Below are positions 29,385 to 39,428 of a stretch of 64,000 nt of DNA, piece by piece (within the stretch, counting starts at the first letter, position 1; every line of letters begins with the position of its first letter). The stretch covers positions 1,024,001 through 1,088,000 of the forward strand of contig OZ242326.1 of assembly GCA_965208325.1 (NCBI GenBank). Direction: 5' to 3'. The notes under the pieces were generated by a model. That model made no database searches. It was given only the letters and a program-made list of their open reading frames with translations, and had not been told where the DNA came from. This DNA comes from Candidatus Poribacteria bacterium. Lineage in GTDB: Bacteria; Poribacteria; WGA-4E; PCPOR2b. The position numbers and the translations under genes are program-made.

Positions 29385-30167
29385 ATGAGATTGAATCTGT
29401 TTTGCATCGTATCGCTCTGTCTTATGAGTTTGATACTGAGTTGCGGCGATGACGAAGACGAACCGTCAATAGACGTTGTTATGTCGCCGACTGAGAGTCT
29501 TAAAGTTGAGGCAGGCGTTCCGGACGAGGACAACATTGCGGTACCTGATCCTGTGGAGGAACATGTCCAAAATCCAGATTTAGTCGAGGAAATTGTGCCC
29601 CCAGAGGCAGAGGTGCTGGAACCCGATGTAGAACCAATCCAGGATGCAATCGATGGCGTATTGGAACGCTTGCGGGAGGGTTACGAAAAGGAAGATATTG
29701 ACCTGTATCTGAGTGCGTTCTGGATTGATGGATTCCGATACACCTCCGATATGGCAACCCCCCACGATCGATTCGACGATGTAATCTTTGATGAACTCAA
29801 GACCGAAGGCGAATCTGCGGGTAGGGTGTTTGCACGTTTCCAGGATATTAGATTGCATATATTCTCTCCTGCTCAGATCGTTAGGGCGGCCCCCGCACGA
29901 ATCGAAGCCGTGACGCATTATCGTGTCCAAGCGTTTGCGAATGATGGCCACGCTTTAGAAGGCGGATTTCTGGCATGGTATGCCGAAGGAGATGCGCGTT
30001 TTACCTTTGAATTCCGTGAGGAGGAGTGGCGGATTACCAATTGGCTAGATGACGCATTTGACGTGCAAGAGATGCTTGTATTCAACGAAGGCATCAAGCT
30101 TGAAGTTGCAGTCAATCCCATTGATAAGTTGGCGTCAACGTGGGGACGCATCAAGACAGCGTTTTAA
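29385..30167 (+). CDS. Lipoprotein with acidic linker, NTF2/SnoaL-like domain and C-terminal WG.IK motif
   Basis: AGGAGG RBS; lipobox LILSC; GYEKEDIDLYLSAF...F.F....WRI; ends AVNPIDKLASTWGRIK. Confidence 0.7.
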   Translation: MRLNLFCIVSLCLMSLILSCGDDEDEPSIDVVMSPTESLKVEAGVPDEDNIAVPDPVEEHVQNPDLVEEIVPPEAEVLEPDVEPIQDAIDGVLERLREGYEKEDIDLYLSAFWIDGFRYTSDMATPHDRFDDVIFDELKTEGESAGRVFARFQDIRLHIFSPAQIVRAAPARIEAVTHYRVQAFANDGHALEGGFLAWYAEGDARFTFEFREEEWRITNWLDDAFDVQEMLVFNEGIKLEVAVNPIDKLASTWGRIKTAF

Positions 30168-30180
30168 GGGGTATACGGTT

Positions 30181-31938
30181 ATGAGACATTGCCTTGTGAT
30201 TGCGATAGGTATTGCGTTCGCGGCATGGGTCGCTAGTGCGGAAGAGCAGATTTTGTTTGAATCGAACAGACATGGCAACGATGAGATTTACAGGCATTTT
30301 CCCGGCGTCAGGACTCAGAGACTTACATTCGATGAGGGCGGTGATTATTATCCGGCGTTGTCGCCCGATGGGAAAAAGATGGCGTATGTCCCGAGAATCG
30401 GGGGGATTCTCGAAATCGCCGTCCTTGACTTCAGGTCTGGCAAACGCCAGCAATTAACTTTTTCACCCTTGCACAAGAGCAATCTCCACCCAACCTGGTC
30501 GCCGGACGGAAGTCGAATCGCTTACGCTTCAGATGCAGATGGCGATTTCGATATTTATTTCATGGATGAAAACGGACAAAACGCGACAAATTTGACCGAC
30601 GATTCGCCTCTGCACGAAAACTCACCCCATTGGTCACCGGTGAGCGAGAAAATTGTATTTGTCTCTTATCCAGATGGATGGGTCGCGGAAGATGTCAATC
30701 TACTTGATGTGCGGACCGGCGATCGGCGAAGACTCACGTCTTCGATCAACCCAGTAGCTTATCCACGTTGGTCGCCGAACGGTTCTCAGATTGCCTATTT
30801 TTCGACGAAGCCGTTTGAACCCCCGCTGTCGACTTCAGAGATTTGGCGCGCAAAGGCGGATGGTACGGATGCGGAGCCGTTAGTGACTGACGGCGGCGGC
30901 AATAGGAGTCCCAGATACTCTCCAGACGGAAAGTGGATTGCATTTGAATCTTATCGGGACTTTAACACCGACATTTACGCATTGAATCTAGAATCACGGG
31001 AGGTTATCCGTTTAACGACCCACCTCGGGGACGACTCATACCCCAGTTGGTCTCCCGACGGAGAACGGTTCGCCTTCGTTTCCAGCCGAGACGGCAACCC
31101 GGACATCTTCACCATGACCGTCAATGGACAGCAGATAACCAATCTGACAAAAAACGGCCTGTCTGAATACCACCCCACCTGGTCCCCTGACGGAGAAAAA
31201 ATCGCGTTCACGCGGTGGATGGGGGACGACAGCTCCAGGATTTACATTATAGATAGCAATGGCGAGAATGAAGTCGAGTTAGCCGCTTTGCCCGCCAACA
31301 ACGATTTTCCCGCGTGGTCCCCGCTAGGTAACAAAATCGCCTTTGTGAATCGTCCGGAACGAGGAGAGCGAAAGTCTCTGGTTTATATAGTTGACCCAAA
31401 CGGGAAAAACCTACAAGCGATTCACAAAAACCAGGACAAACGGATTAGGCAGATGGCGTGGTCCGGTGATGGGACTCAGATTATTTTCAGTCCTATCCGC
31501 AGTCCAATCACCGCTGTCAACACGGTGACCCTTGAAGTTCACACCGTTGATATACCGGTGCACTCGCCAAATTCTCCCGATTGGTCACCTGACGGTCAAG
31601 ACATTACTTTTACGGCGTTTCCTCCGCCAATTGTAAGCTTTGACGCGGGCCACGGCGTCTTCATCATCGATCAGGACGGGAACGCCGTTCGAACTATTAT
31701 TGTGGACACACATCCATTAGACGCCGAAGGACTTGCTTGGTCGCCCGACGGGAAGGAGATGCTCTTGGGTCAGCATGGAGGGTTATACACACTGGACTTG
31801 GTTAGCGAAACCGTTTCGTTGTTCCTCGAATTCGCTAGCAACCCCAATTGGCAGAATCCGACTCAACCTCGGTCAGTGTCTCCTCGAAATAAACTGAATA
31901 CGACATGGGGCGATATGAAAACGGGCGCAGGACGTTGA
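30181..31938 (+). CDS. TolB-like (PD40 repeat) secreted protein, paralog 1 of a tandem trio
   Basis: Signal peptide ending ASA-EEQ; WSPDG repeats; ends SVSPRNKLNTTWGDMK. Confidence 0.85.
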   Translation: MRHCLVIAIGIAFAAWVASAEEQILFESNRHGNDEIYRHFPGVRTQRLTFDEGGDYYPALSPDGKKMAYVPRIGGILEIAVLDFRSGKRQQLTFSPLHKSNLHPTWSPDGSRIAYASDADGDFDIYFMDENGQNATNLTDDSPLHENSPHWSPVSEKIVFVSYPDGWVAEDVNLLDVRTGDRRRLTSSINPVAYPRWSPNGSQIAYFSTKPFEPPLSTSEIWRAKADGTDAEPLVTDGGGNRSPRYSPDGKWIAFESYRDFNTDIYALNLESREVIRLTTHLGDDSYPSWSPDGERFAFVSSRDGNPDIFTMTVNGQQITNLTKNGLSEYHPTWSPDGEKIAFTRWMGDDSSRIYIIDSNGENEVELAALPANNDFPAWSPLGNKIAFVNRPERGERKSLVYIVDPNGKNLQAIHKNQDKRIRQMAWSGDGTQIIFSPIRSPITAVNTVTLEVHTVDIPVHSPNSPDWSPDGQDITFTAFPPPIVSFDAGHGVFIIDQDGNAVRTIIVDTHPLDAEGLAWSPDGKEMLLGQHGGLYTLDLVSETVSLFLEFASNPNWQNPTQPRSVSPRNKLNTTWGDMKTGAGR

Positions 31939-32072
31939 TATGATACGCATGGCACAATTTTCAGTACTCTAGCCTCATCGGAAAACTAATTTTCTACATG
32001 AATTATCCAAAACAGATTGAGATTCATGATTCGCAACTCTGCCGTTACAACTTGTGTAAAAGGGGGATAGTC

Positions 32073-33830
32073 ATGATGCGTTACATTTTAGCTGCAGTAG
32101 GTCTCACTTTCGCCGCACTATTGGCGAGTGCGGAAGAGCAGATATTGTACGTTTCCGGAGAAATCAGAAATGCCGAGATATACAGGCAATTTCCCGGCGG
32201 GGAACCCGAAAGGCTCACATTTAACGCCGGAACTGACGGCCATCCCGCGTTATCGCCCGATGGGACGAAGATGGCGTATTTCACGACTATTGATAGGGTA
32301 TATCAAATCGCCGTCCTCGACTTTGAATCCGGCGAACGCGAGCAACTTACATTTTCGCGCTGGCCGAGGAGCAATTTCCATCCATCATGGTCTCCGGACG
32401 GAAAGCGCATCGCTTACTCTTCAGAAGAAGATGGTGATTTCGATATATATATCATGGATGCCGACGGCAAAAACGTGACAAACATGACCGATAATTCCCG
32501 TTGGGACGATAGTTGGCTGCATTGGTCGCCAGCAGGCCCAAAAATTGTGTTTACCTCCAATCGAGATGGAGGAGTGGATGAAGTCTATCTGCTTGATGTA
32601 AATACGCGTGTTCAACGCAGACTCACAAACTCATTCATCCGTGCGACTTATCCCAGATGGTCGCCGAACGGTTCCCAGATCGCCTACGTATCGGCAGAAT
32701 ACCCTGAGTCGAAGCCGTCAACGTGGTCCATTTGGCACATGAAGGCGGATGGATCGGATTTGGAGAGATTAGTAACAGACGTCGACAGAAACGCACGCCC
32801 AAAATACTCACCGGATGGAAAGCGGATTGCGTTTGTATCATCTAGAGACTCAAATACAGATATTTATGCTTTCAACGTCGAAACTAATGAGGAAGCCCGT
32901 TTAACGGTGCACCTAGGCTACGACTCGTACCCTGATTGGTCTCCAGACGGCGAGCGAATCGCCTTTGTTTCCACCAGAGACGGGAATCGCGACATCTTCA
33001 CAATGACCCTTGAACGAGAGCAGTTAACCAATTTGACAAAGAGCGTTACATCTGAAGGCTACCCGACTTGGTCTCCTGACGGCGAAAAAATCGCTTTCAG
33101 CCGGCGGCTAGGGGACACCAGTACCAAGATTTTCGTGATAGACAGCACTGGTGAAAACGAAATCAAACTGGCCGACTTGCCGTTTTTCAACCTGTATCCG
33201 TCATGGTCGCCTCGAGGGGATAAAGTCGCTTTTGTGAATTACCCAGAGCGTAAAAATTCTATGTTCCGAATTTTTACGGTTGACCCGGATGGTCAAAACC
33301 TACAAGTGTTATATGAAGATCAGTTGGAAGAGTGGGATTCAGGGATTACTTGGTCAAGTGACGGAACTGAGATTATATTCAGTCGAGCTGGCATTTGGAT
33401 AGTCTTTCTCGACACGGTGACCCTTGAAGTTCGCACGGTGCAACTACCAGTGATCGGTTTCAAGGACCCCAATTGGTCGCGCCACGGTCAAAACATCACT
33501 TTTTCCGCGGTCACCGAATTGGCTGAAACATTTCAACCGCGCGATGGCGTCTACATAATTGATCCCGAAGGGAATCCGTTACGAACAATTTTGACGGACG
33601 GGCGTTCTATAACTTACCTTGGATTAGCTTGGTCGCCGGACGGGAATAAGATTCTCGTCGGCCGCGAAGACGGCATATACACGCTTGACCTGGATACCGA
33701 AGCCATGGAGCTATTCATGGAATCCGCAAGTAATCCGAATTGGCAGGATCCGACGCTACCTCGGTCAGTGTCTCCGCGAAATAAGCTGAACACAACGTGG
33801 GGCGACATGAAAAAACTTGGAGCGCGCTGA
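32073..33830 (+). CDS. TolB-like (PD40 repeat) secreted protein, paralog 2
   Basis: Colinear with 30181; ends SVSPRNKLNTTWGDMK. Confidence 0.85.
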   Translation: MMRYILAAVGLTFAALLASAEEQILYVSGEIRNAEIYRQFPGGEPERLTFNAGTDGHPALSPDGTKMAYFTTIDRVYQIAVLDFESGEREQLTFSRWPRSNFHPSWSPDGKRIAYSSEEDGDFDIYIMDADGKNVTNMTDNSRWDDSWLHWSPAGPKIVFTSNRDGGVDEVYLLDVNTRVQRRLTNSFIRATYPRWSPNGSQIAYVSAEYPESKPSTWSIWHMKADGSDLERLVTDVDRNARPKYSPDGKRIAFVSSRDSNTDIYAFNVETNEEARLTVHLGYDSYPDWSPDGERIAFVSTRDGNRDIFTMTLEREQLTNLTKSVTSEGYPTWSPDGEKIAFSRRLGDTSTKIFVIDSTGENEIKLADLPFFNLYPSWSPRGDKVAFVNYPERKNSMFRIFTVDPDGQNLQVLYEDQLEEWDSGITWSSDGTEIIFSRAGIWIVFLDTVTLEVRTVQLPVIGFKDPNWSRHGQNITFSAVTELAETFQPRDGVYIIDPEGNPLRTILTDGRSITYLGLAWSPDGNKILVGREDGIYTLDLDTEAMELFMESASNPNWQDPTLPRSVSPRNKLNTTWGDMKKLGAR

Positions 33831-33835
33831 AACAA

Positions 33836-34053
33836 TAGACATCTTTCCTAATTAACTCAATGTGGTTGACAAAACCGAAGCGTTAAGGGCAACCACAAGG
33901 GTTGCCCCTACAGCGTATTAGCCCAATTTGAGGGTAGTCGTTTTACACCTGCCGCCCCTCTGGGGCTAGATGTTGATGTGTAACAATGTTTTCTATATAC
34001 CTGTCGCCCCTCCGGGGCTATCCGGCGGTGGAATTATTTTGGAAAGATGTCTA
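33836..34053. mobile_element. MITE-like element, 218 bp, TIR TAGACATCTTTCC, carrying REP-like hairpins
   Basis: tagacatctttcc at 33836-33848 and ggaaagatgtcta at 34041-34053 form a perfect 13-bp IR that extends imperfectly to about 22 bp; internal gggcaacc..ggttgcccctac and two cctg.cgcccct..ggggcta units. Confidence 0.8.
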
Positions 34054-34218
34054 ATACATTAGCGTGATCGTAGTTCGAAGAAGCCGTGAATACGCGTAGC
34101 GATTATATTACGCCATTGACACACTTTGGACTCGACCTTCGGTTACAGTTAATCCCCCCAACCAATTCAATCCTACATTGCGTCTCGTTCAGTTCAATTA
34201 TTGGAGGAGAGATACAGC

Positions 34219-35973
34219 ATGATTTATCGCATTGCCATGTTCACCGTAGGTCTCGCTTGCATTGCGTTGTACGCTAACGCGGAAGAGCAGATCCTCTTTG
34301 TATCCGACCGAGACGGGAACAGTGAGATATACAGGTATTTCCCCGGCGGCAGACCCAAGAGGCTTACATTTGACGAAGGACCGGACGGCCATCCAGCGTT
34401 ATCCCCGAATGGGAAATCAATGGCGTATGTCACGACGATTAATCGGGTATCCCAAATCGCTGTGCTGGACTTCAACACCGGCAAACGCCGGCAACTGACC
34501 TTTTCGCCCAAGAACGACGTTCATCCCACATGGTCCCCGGACGGCAGACGAATCGCATTTTCGTCCAACCGCGACGGTGATTTCGATATTTATATCATGA
34601 ATAGAAACGGGACGAACGCGATAAATATGACCGATAATTCCCCTCTGCACGACGGATCGCCTCACTGGTCTCCGGCAAGCCAAAAGATTGTATTTACCTC
34701 TGAGCGGGATCGTCTAGCCCCAAAAGAAGTTTATGTGCTTGATTCCCAGGCTGGTAACCGGCGAAGACTCATCACTTCATCATCATTTGCGTTTAATCCC
34801 AAATGGTCACCGAACGGGTCACTGATTGCGTATTATTCTACGGACATGTCTGACACCTCACCGTCGACTACTCTTCTTTGGCGAGTGAAACCAGATGGTA
34901 CAGAATTGGAAGTATTGGTGGCTGAAGGGGAGTCAAATTCACATCCCAAATTTTCTCCTGATGGATCGTCAATTGCGTTTGTGTCTGAGAGAAACTTTAA
35001 CATGGACATTTATGCTTTAAACCTTGAAACCAAGGAGCTAACTCGCTTAACAACACATCTTGGCTACGATTCGCACCCCGATTGGTCTCCAGATGGAGAA
35101 CGGCTAGCCTTCCTTTCCAGCCGAGACGGGAATTCAGATGTCTTTACAATGACAGTCAACGGAGAGCACATCACAAACCTGACCATGAGCGGCATGAATG
35201 AGGGGTTTCCCACTTGGTCCCCTGACGGAGAAAAAATAGCGTTTAGTCGGTTAATGGGGGACAACAGCGTCAGGATTTACGCGGTTGATTCCGATGGTGA
35301 TAATGAGGTTCAACTGGTTGACTTGCCAGTTGCCAACCTCTACCCTGTCTGGTCCCCGCGCGGGAACAGACTGGCTTTTGTGAATCTCCCGGAACGCGGA
35401 GACCCGACACACCGAATTTATACGGTTGACCCCGATGGGATAAACCTACAAATGTTGTATGAAGATTTGCTCGAACCTATTGACGAAATTGCTTGGTCAC
35501 ACGATGAGTCTCAGATTGTTTTTGGTCGAACCAACAATGCAATCGCCTTTCTGGATACGGAGACAGGAGAAGTCCACTCAATAGATGTGCCTGTATGGAA
35601 TCTGAGTTCCCTAGATTCCTCACCCGACGGGGAGGACATTGTCTTTTCAGCGTTAAAGCCAATCGACAATCCAGTACCGCGCTTAGGAATCTCCATCATT
35701 GATACTGAAGGAACGCTCCTACGAATCGTCCCGACGGACCTGCGAATATCGTTGTTGAACCAAGGGCTTTCGTGGTCTCCCGACGGGAATACAATTCTCG
35801 TCAGTGACGAACATGGCATATACACGCTTGACTTGGACACCGAATCCGTTGAGCTATTCATCGAATCTGCCAGTTACCCGGATTGGCAGAATCCGTCTCT
35901 CCCGCGCTCAGTCACTCCTAAGAATAAGCTGAATACCATATGGGGTGAGATGAAATCCGGAGATACGCGTTGA
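34219..35973 (+). CDS. TolB-like (PD40 repeat) secreted protein, paralog 3
   Basis: GGAGGAG RBS; ANA-EEQ signal; ends SVTPKNKLNTIWGEMK. Confidence 0.85.
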   Translation: MIYRIAMFTVGLACIALYANAEEQILFVSDRDGNSEIYRYFPGGRPKRLTFDEGPDGHPALSPNGKSMAYVTTINRVSQIAVLDFNTGKRRQLTFSPKNDVHPTWSPDGRRIAFSSNRDGDFDIYIMNRNGTNAINMTDNSPLHDGSPHWSPASQKIVFTSERDRLAPKEVYVLDSQAGNRRRLITSSSFAFNPKWSPNGSLIAYYSTDMSDTSPSTTLLWRVKPDGTELEVLVAEGESNSHPKFSPDGSSIAFVSERNFNMDIYALNLETKELTRLTTHLGYDSHPDWSPDGERLAFLSSRDGNSDVFTMTVNGEHITNLTMSGMNEGFPTWSPDGEKIAFSRLMGDNSVRIYAVDSDGDNEVQLVDLPVANLYPVWSPRGNRLAFVNLPERGDPTHRIYTVDPDGINLQMLYEDLLEPIDEIAWSHDESQIVFGRTNNAIAFLDTETGEVHSIDVPVWNLSSLDSSPDGEDIVFSALKPIDNPVPRLGISIIDTEGTLLRIVPTDLRISLLNQGLSWSPDGNTILVSDEHGIYTLDLDTESVELFIESASYPDWQNPSLPRSVTPKNKLNTIWGEMKSGDTR

Positions 35974-36093
35974 TACGATTTGTGAAACATTTTCGCGTGA
36001 AATTCGGTTTTATAGCACAAATGTTCGTTTTCACGAAATTCGAAGGATGCGTTACATATCATGTCGCACATCTTATGTCACACGGAGGAAAAC

Positions 36094-36672
36094 ATGTTTC
36101 CAGTCTCAGAAGCGATTCAATCGCGGCGGACTATTTTTCATTTTAAACCTGAACAGGTCGCACGGGATTTACTTGAAGAGGTGCTCGCGGCGGGTATCTG
36201 GGCGCCTAACCACCGTCTAACCGAGCCGTGGCGGTTCACCGTCATCGGTGAACAGACCAAGTTGAAGCTGGCAGAGCGGTATCGACAGATTCAGATTGAA
36301 AAGGTTTCAAAAAGCGCAGATGTCGACGAAGCTGCGCTCGCAAACGTAGGCGAGAAAGGGTTCGACAAGTTCATGTCCAAACCCACGGTCGTAGCCGTTT
36401 CGTGTCTTCAGGAAGGGGACGAACAGCGGCAGCGAGAGGACTATGCGGCGACGTGCTGTGCTTTGTATTGCATTCAGCTCGCCGGATGGGAGCGGGGCAT
36501 CGGGATGCAGTGGAGTACCGGCCCTATTACGCTGGAACGGCAAACTTACGAACTTCTCGGTATTGACGCCGAGCAAGAATACATGGTTGGTTTCTGTTAT
36601 GTCGGCTATCCGGCTGACGTGCCAACCCCCAAGCGCAAACCGCTGCACGACGTACTGCACTGGACAGTATAA
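36094..36672 (+). CDS. Nitroreductase family protein (YdjA-like)
   Basis: AIQSRRTI..F, WAPNHRLTEPWRF, GIG..WSTG, GYP. Confidence 0.85.
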   Translation: MFPVSEAIQSRRTIFHFKPEQVARDLLEEVLAAGIWAPNHRLTEPWRFTVIGEQTKLKLAERYRQIQIEKVSKSADVDEAALANVGEKGFDKFMSKPTVVAVSCLQEGDEQRQREDYAATCCALYCIQLAGWERGIGMQWSTGPITLERQTYELLGIDAEQEYMVGFCYVGYPADVPTPKRKPLHDVLHWTV

Positions 36673-36705
36673 TCGCAACCGTACCGCTGTTTGACCCATA
36701 CAGCA

Positions 36706-38178
36706 ATGAACGAATACGATCTCACGATTATCGGCGGCGGCAGTGCAGGCTTGGTTTTAGCAGTAGCGAGTGCAAAGCTGGGAAAGAAGACGGCTCTCGT
36801 CGAGAAACATAAACTAGGCGGCGATTGCTTGTGGACAGGGTGTGTCCCATCAAAGGCGTTTCTGAAATCCGCCCACATCGCCCACCTCATGAATACGGCG
36901 GAACGTTTCGGGATTACGGTTGGAGGCGTGGGCATCGACTTTCAGCGTGTCATGCAGCATGTCCGGAGCGCCCAGGGGACTATTGAGCGCGAACACGATA
37001 ATCCGGAGCGATTCCGTGAATTGGGCGTTGATGTCATCTTCGGCAGCGGGCATTTTGACTCACCGAGGTCTTTCATTGTCGAAGATTGTGAGAAGCACGA
37101 TACGACTTCGCTGACTAGTAAGAAATACGTAATTTCAACCGGATCCCGCCCTGCTGCGCCGCCAATTACCGGTATTGAATCCATCAACTATTTGGACAGC
37201 CACAACGTTTGGGAGATTGGGAAACTCCCGCAAACGCTGCTAGTGGCGGGCGCCGGGCCAATCGGCGTCGAATTAGGGCAAGCTTTCAACCGCTTGGGCG
37301 CAGAGGTCACAATTGTGCAGCGGAGTGATCGCATTCTGCCTAGGGAGGAGCACGTCGTCTCCCATCGGATGCTGGAATGCCTTCGAACAGAAGGCATCTC
37401 GATTCTCCTCAACACCAATCTCCACGAAGTGACAGATGCCGTACCAAATCACGATGAAAATCGCCGCGCTCCGACTAATGGGAATTACAGTGTCGTGCTG
37501 GATACACGCGGCGAGAAGCGGGAACTGACAGTAGATCAGATCTTGATAGCGACAGGCCGAAACCCCAACATCGAAGGATTGGGGCTTGAACGAATTGGTG
37601 TACGGGTAGGGAAACACGGAATTGAAGTCAACGAGAAGCTACAAACCTCGGTCAAGAATATTTATGCCGCCGGCGATGTCATCGGACATTACCTGTTTAC
37701 CCACGTCGCGGCATTCCAAGCGCAGCAGATAATTCGCAATATCTTCTTCCCGGGGGCGGCATCAATAAATTACGCTGCAGTCCCTTGGACGACATTCTGC
37801 GATCCGGAGGTAGCCCGGTGCGGACTGACGGAGGCGGAAGCGCGGCGGAAATACGGTGATGTTGATGTGTTTACCGTGGATTTTAAAGATGTGGATAGAG
37901 CGGTGGCAGAAGGTGAAACAGAGGGATTTATCAAGATTGTTGCGACAAAGTGGACCGGCAAGATTCTAGGTGTACACCTGCTTGGTCCGCGCGCCGGGGA
38001 GATTCTCCACGAGTTTGTTTTAGCAATGAAGGCAGGGATTTCGTTGCGCAAGTTGACTTCGATAATACACGTTTATCCAACCTATTCCAGCATCGTTTGG
38101 CAGGTTGCCGGAAAGTGGCTTGCCGAAGGCACGCTTGTCAACACGGTTCGGAACTTCTTACGCAAGAGCGGAAAATAA
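36706..38178 (+). CDS. Class I pyridine nucleotide-disulfide oxidoreductase (Lpd/MerA-like, no MerA C-terminal Cys pair)
   Basis: GGGSAG, GGDCLWTGCVPSK, GAGPIG.E, IYAAGD, HVYPT. Confidence 0.85.
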   Translation: MNEYDLTIIGGGSAGLVLAVASAKLGKKTALVEKHKLGGDCLWTGCVPSKAFLKSAHIAHLMNTAERFGITVGGVGIDFQRVMQHVRSAQGTIEREHDNPERFRELGVDVIFGSGHFDSPRSFIVEDCEKHDTTSLTSKKYVISTGSRPAAPPITGIESINYLDSHNVWEIGKLPQTLLVAGAGPIGVELGQAFNRLGAEVTIVQRSDRILPREEHVVSHRMLECLRTEGISILLNTNLHEVTDAVPNHDENRRAPTNGNYSVVLDTRGEKRELTVDQILIATGRNPNIEGLGLERIGVRVGKHGIEVNEKLQTSVKNIYAAGDVIGHYLFTHVAAFQAQQIIRNIFFPGAASINYAAVPWTTFCDPEVARCGLTEAEARRKYGDVDVFTVDFKDVDRAVAEGETEGFIKIVATKWTGKILGVHLLGPRAGEILHEFVLAMKAGISLRKLTSIIHVYPTYSSIVWQVAGKWLAEGTLVNTVRNFLRKSGK

Positions 38179-38262
38179 CATAGAGACGAAACACGATTGG
38201 GATCTGTTCAAAGGCGCCTTGTTCAGTAACGTGCGTTCCAACCTTCCGCACCGCACATGATT

Positions 38263-39417
38263 CTATTGCTCCTCGTCATCGTGATTGTGCCGGTGAAACA
38301 GCTTATCGCCTAATTTGTCGAAAAACCCGGTGTGCTCCCCACCTACCTGCTCTCCTCGGACTCGGGCAAACTCCGCCAACATCTCTTGTTCTCGATCGGT
38401 TAAACGCGATGGCGTTTCTATTCTAACCTTCACGATGCAATTCCCACGCCCATAGTGATTGTGGTGTGGAACGCCCTTACCGGGAATGCGCAATCTCCCG
38501 CCATATTGCGTTCCGGGCGGGATGGTAAGCGGGATAGGCCCATCAATTGTATCAACTTCAATCTCCGCGCCCAGCGCAGCTTGTGTGAAGGAGATTGTGG
38601 CTACTGTAATTAGGTCGTTGTCTTCCCGATCGAATCGATTGTGGGGCGCAACTTCAATCAAAATATAGAGATCGCCGGGCGGGCCGCCGTTAACCCCAGC
38701 CTCACCTTCACCGCGCAACGAAATTTTGAATCCTGTATCAACGCCTTTTGGAATTGCCACTTTCAGTTGCCGAGTCACCCGCACGACGCCTTGACCTTGG
38801 CATGATTTACACGGACGAGAGATGATTTGGCCTTCACCGCGGCACCGTGAGCAGGTTCGGGACATGGAAAAAAAGCCCTGTGAACGTGTAACTTGACCGC
38901 GCCCGTGGCAATCGGGGCAGGTTTGTGGGCTTGAACCGGGCTCGCTTCTTGTCCCATGGCAAGCCTTACACGATTCAAGGCGCGGGACATCAATCGGGGC
39001 AGTTTTTCCATTTATAACATCTTCCAGTGAAATTTGTAAGTTGTATTGCAGGCTGCGCCCCCGTTTCGGAGCTCTTTGCCCGCGGGTACTGCCGGTTCCG
39101 AAAAGATCTCCAAAGTCGCCAAAGATATCGCCGACGATGTCTTCAAAGTTGCCGAAATCAAACCCGAATCCGCTAGATCTAATCGAACCTTCTACGCCTG
39201 CATGGCCGAACTGGTCGTAACGGCTGCGCTTTTCAGCGTCACCCAAAACTTCATACGCCTCAGTGGCCTCTTTAAAACTCTCTTCCGCGTTTTTGTCGCC
39301 GGGGTTCTTATCCGGATGGAATTTTATTGCGAGCTTCCGGTACGCCTTCTTAATCTCGTCTTGGCTCGCACCTCTGCCTACGCTGAGCACGTCGTAGTAA
39401 TCTCGTTTTTCTCTCAT
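38263..39417 (-). CDS. dnaJ: Chaperone DnaJ
   Basis: J-domain HPD, G/F region, four CxxCxGxG-type repeats. Confidence 0.97.
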   Translation of the reverse strand: MREKRDYYDVLSVGRGASQDEIKKAYRKLAIKFHPDKNPGDKNAEESFKEATEAYEVLGDAEKRSRYDQFGHAGVEGSIRSSGFGFDFGNFEDIVGDIFGDFGDLFGTGSTRGQRAPKRGRSLQYNLQISLEDVINGKTAPIDVPRLESCKACHGTRSEPGSSPQTCPDCHGRGQVTRSQGFFSMSRTCSRCRGEGQIISRPCKSCQGQGVVRVTRQLKVAIPKGVDTGFKISLRGEGEAGVNGGPPGDLYILIEVAPHNRFDREDNDLITVATISFTQAALGAEIEVDTIDGPIPLTIPPGTQYGGRLRIPGKGVPHHNHYGRGNCIVKVRIETPSRLTDREQEMLAEFARVRGEQVGGEHTGFFDKLGDKLFHRHNHDDEEQ

Positions 39418-39428
39418 GGAACTCTCCT

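Noticed and set aside
27364..35973. Tol-Pal system
   Set aside because: No TolB N-terminal domain recognised and no tolQ, tolR, tolA or pal; these are repeat-family paralogs.
36706..38178. Mercuric reductase MerA
   Set aside because: No C-terminal Cys-Cys pair, no N-terminal metal-binding domain and no mer genes nearby.
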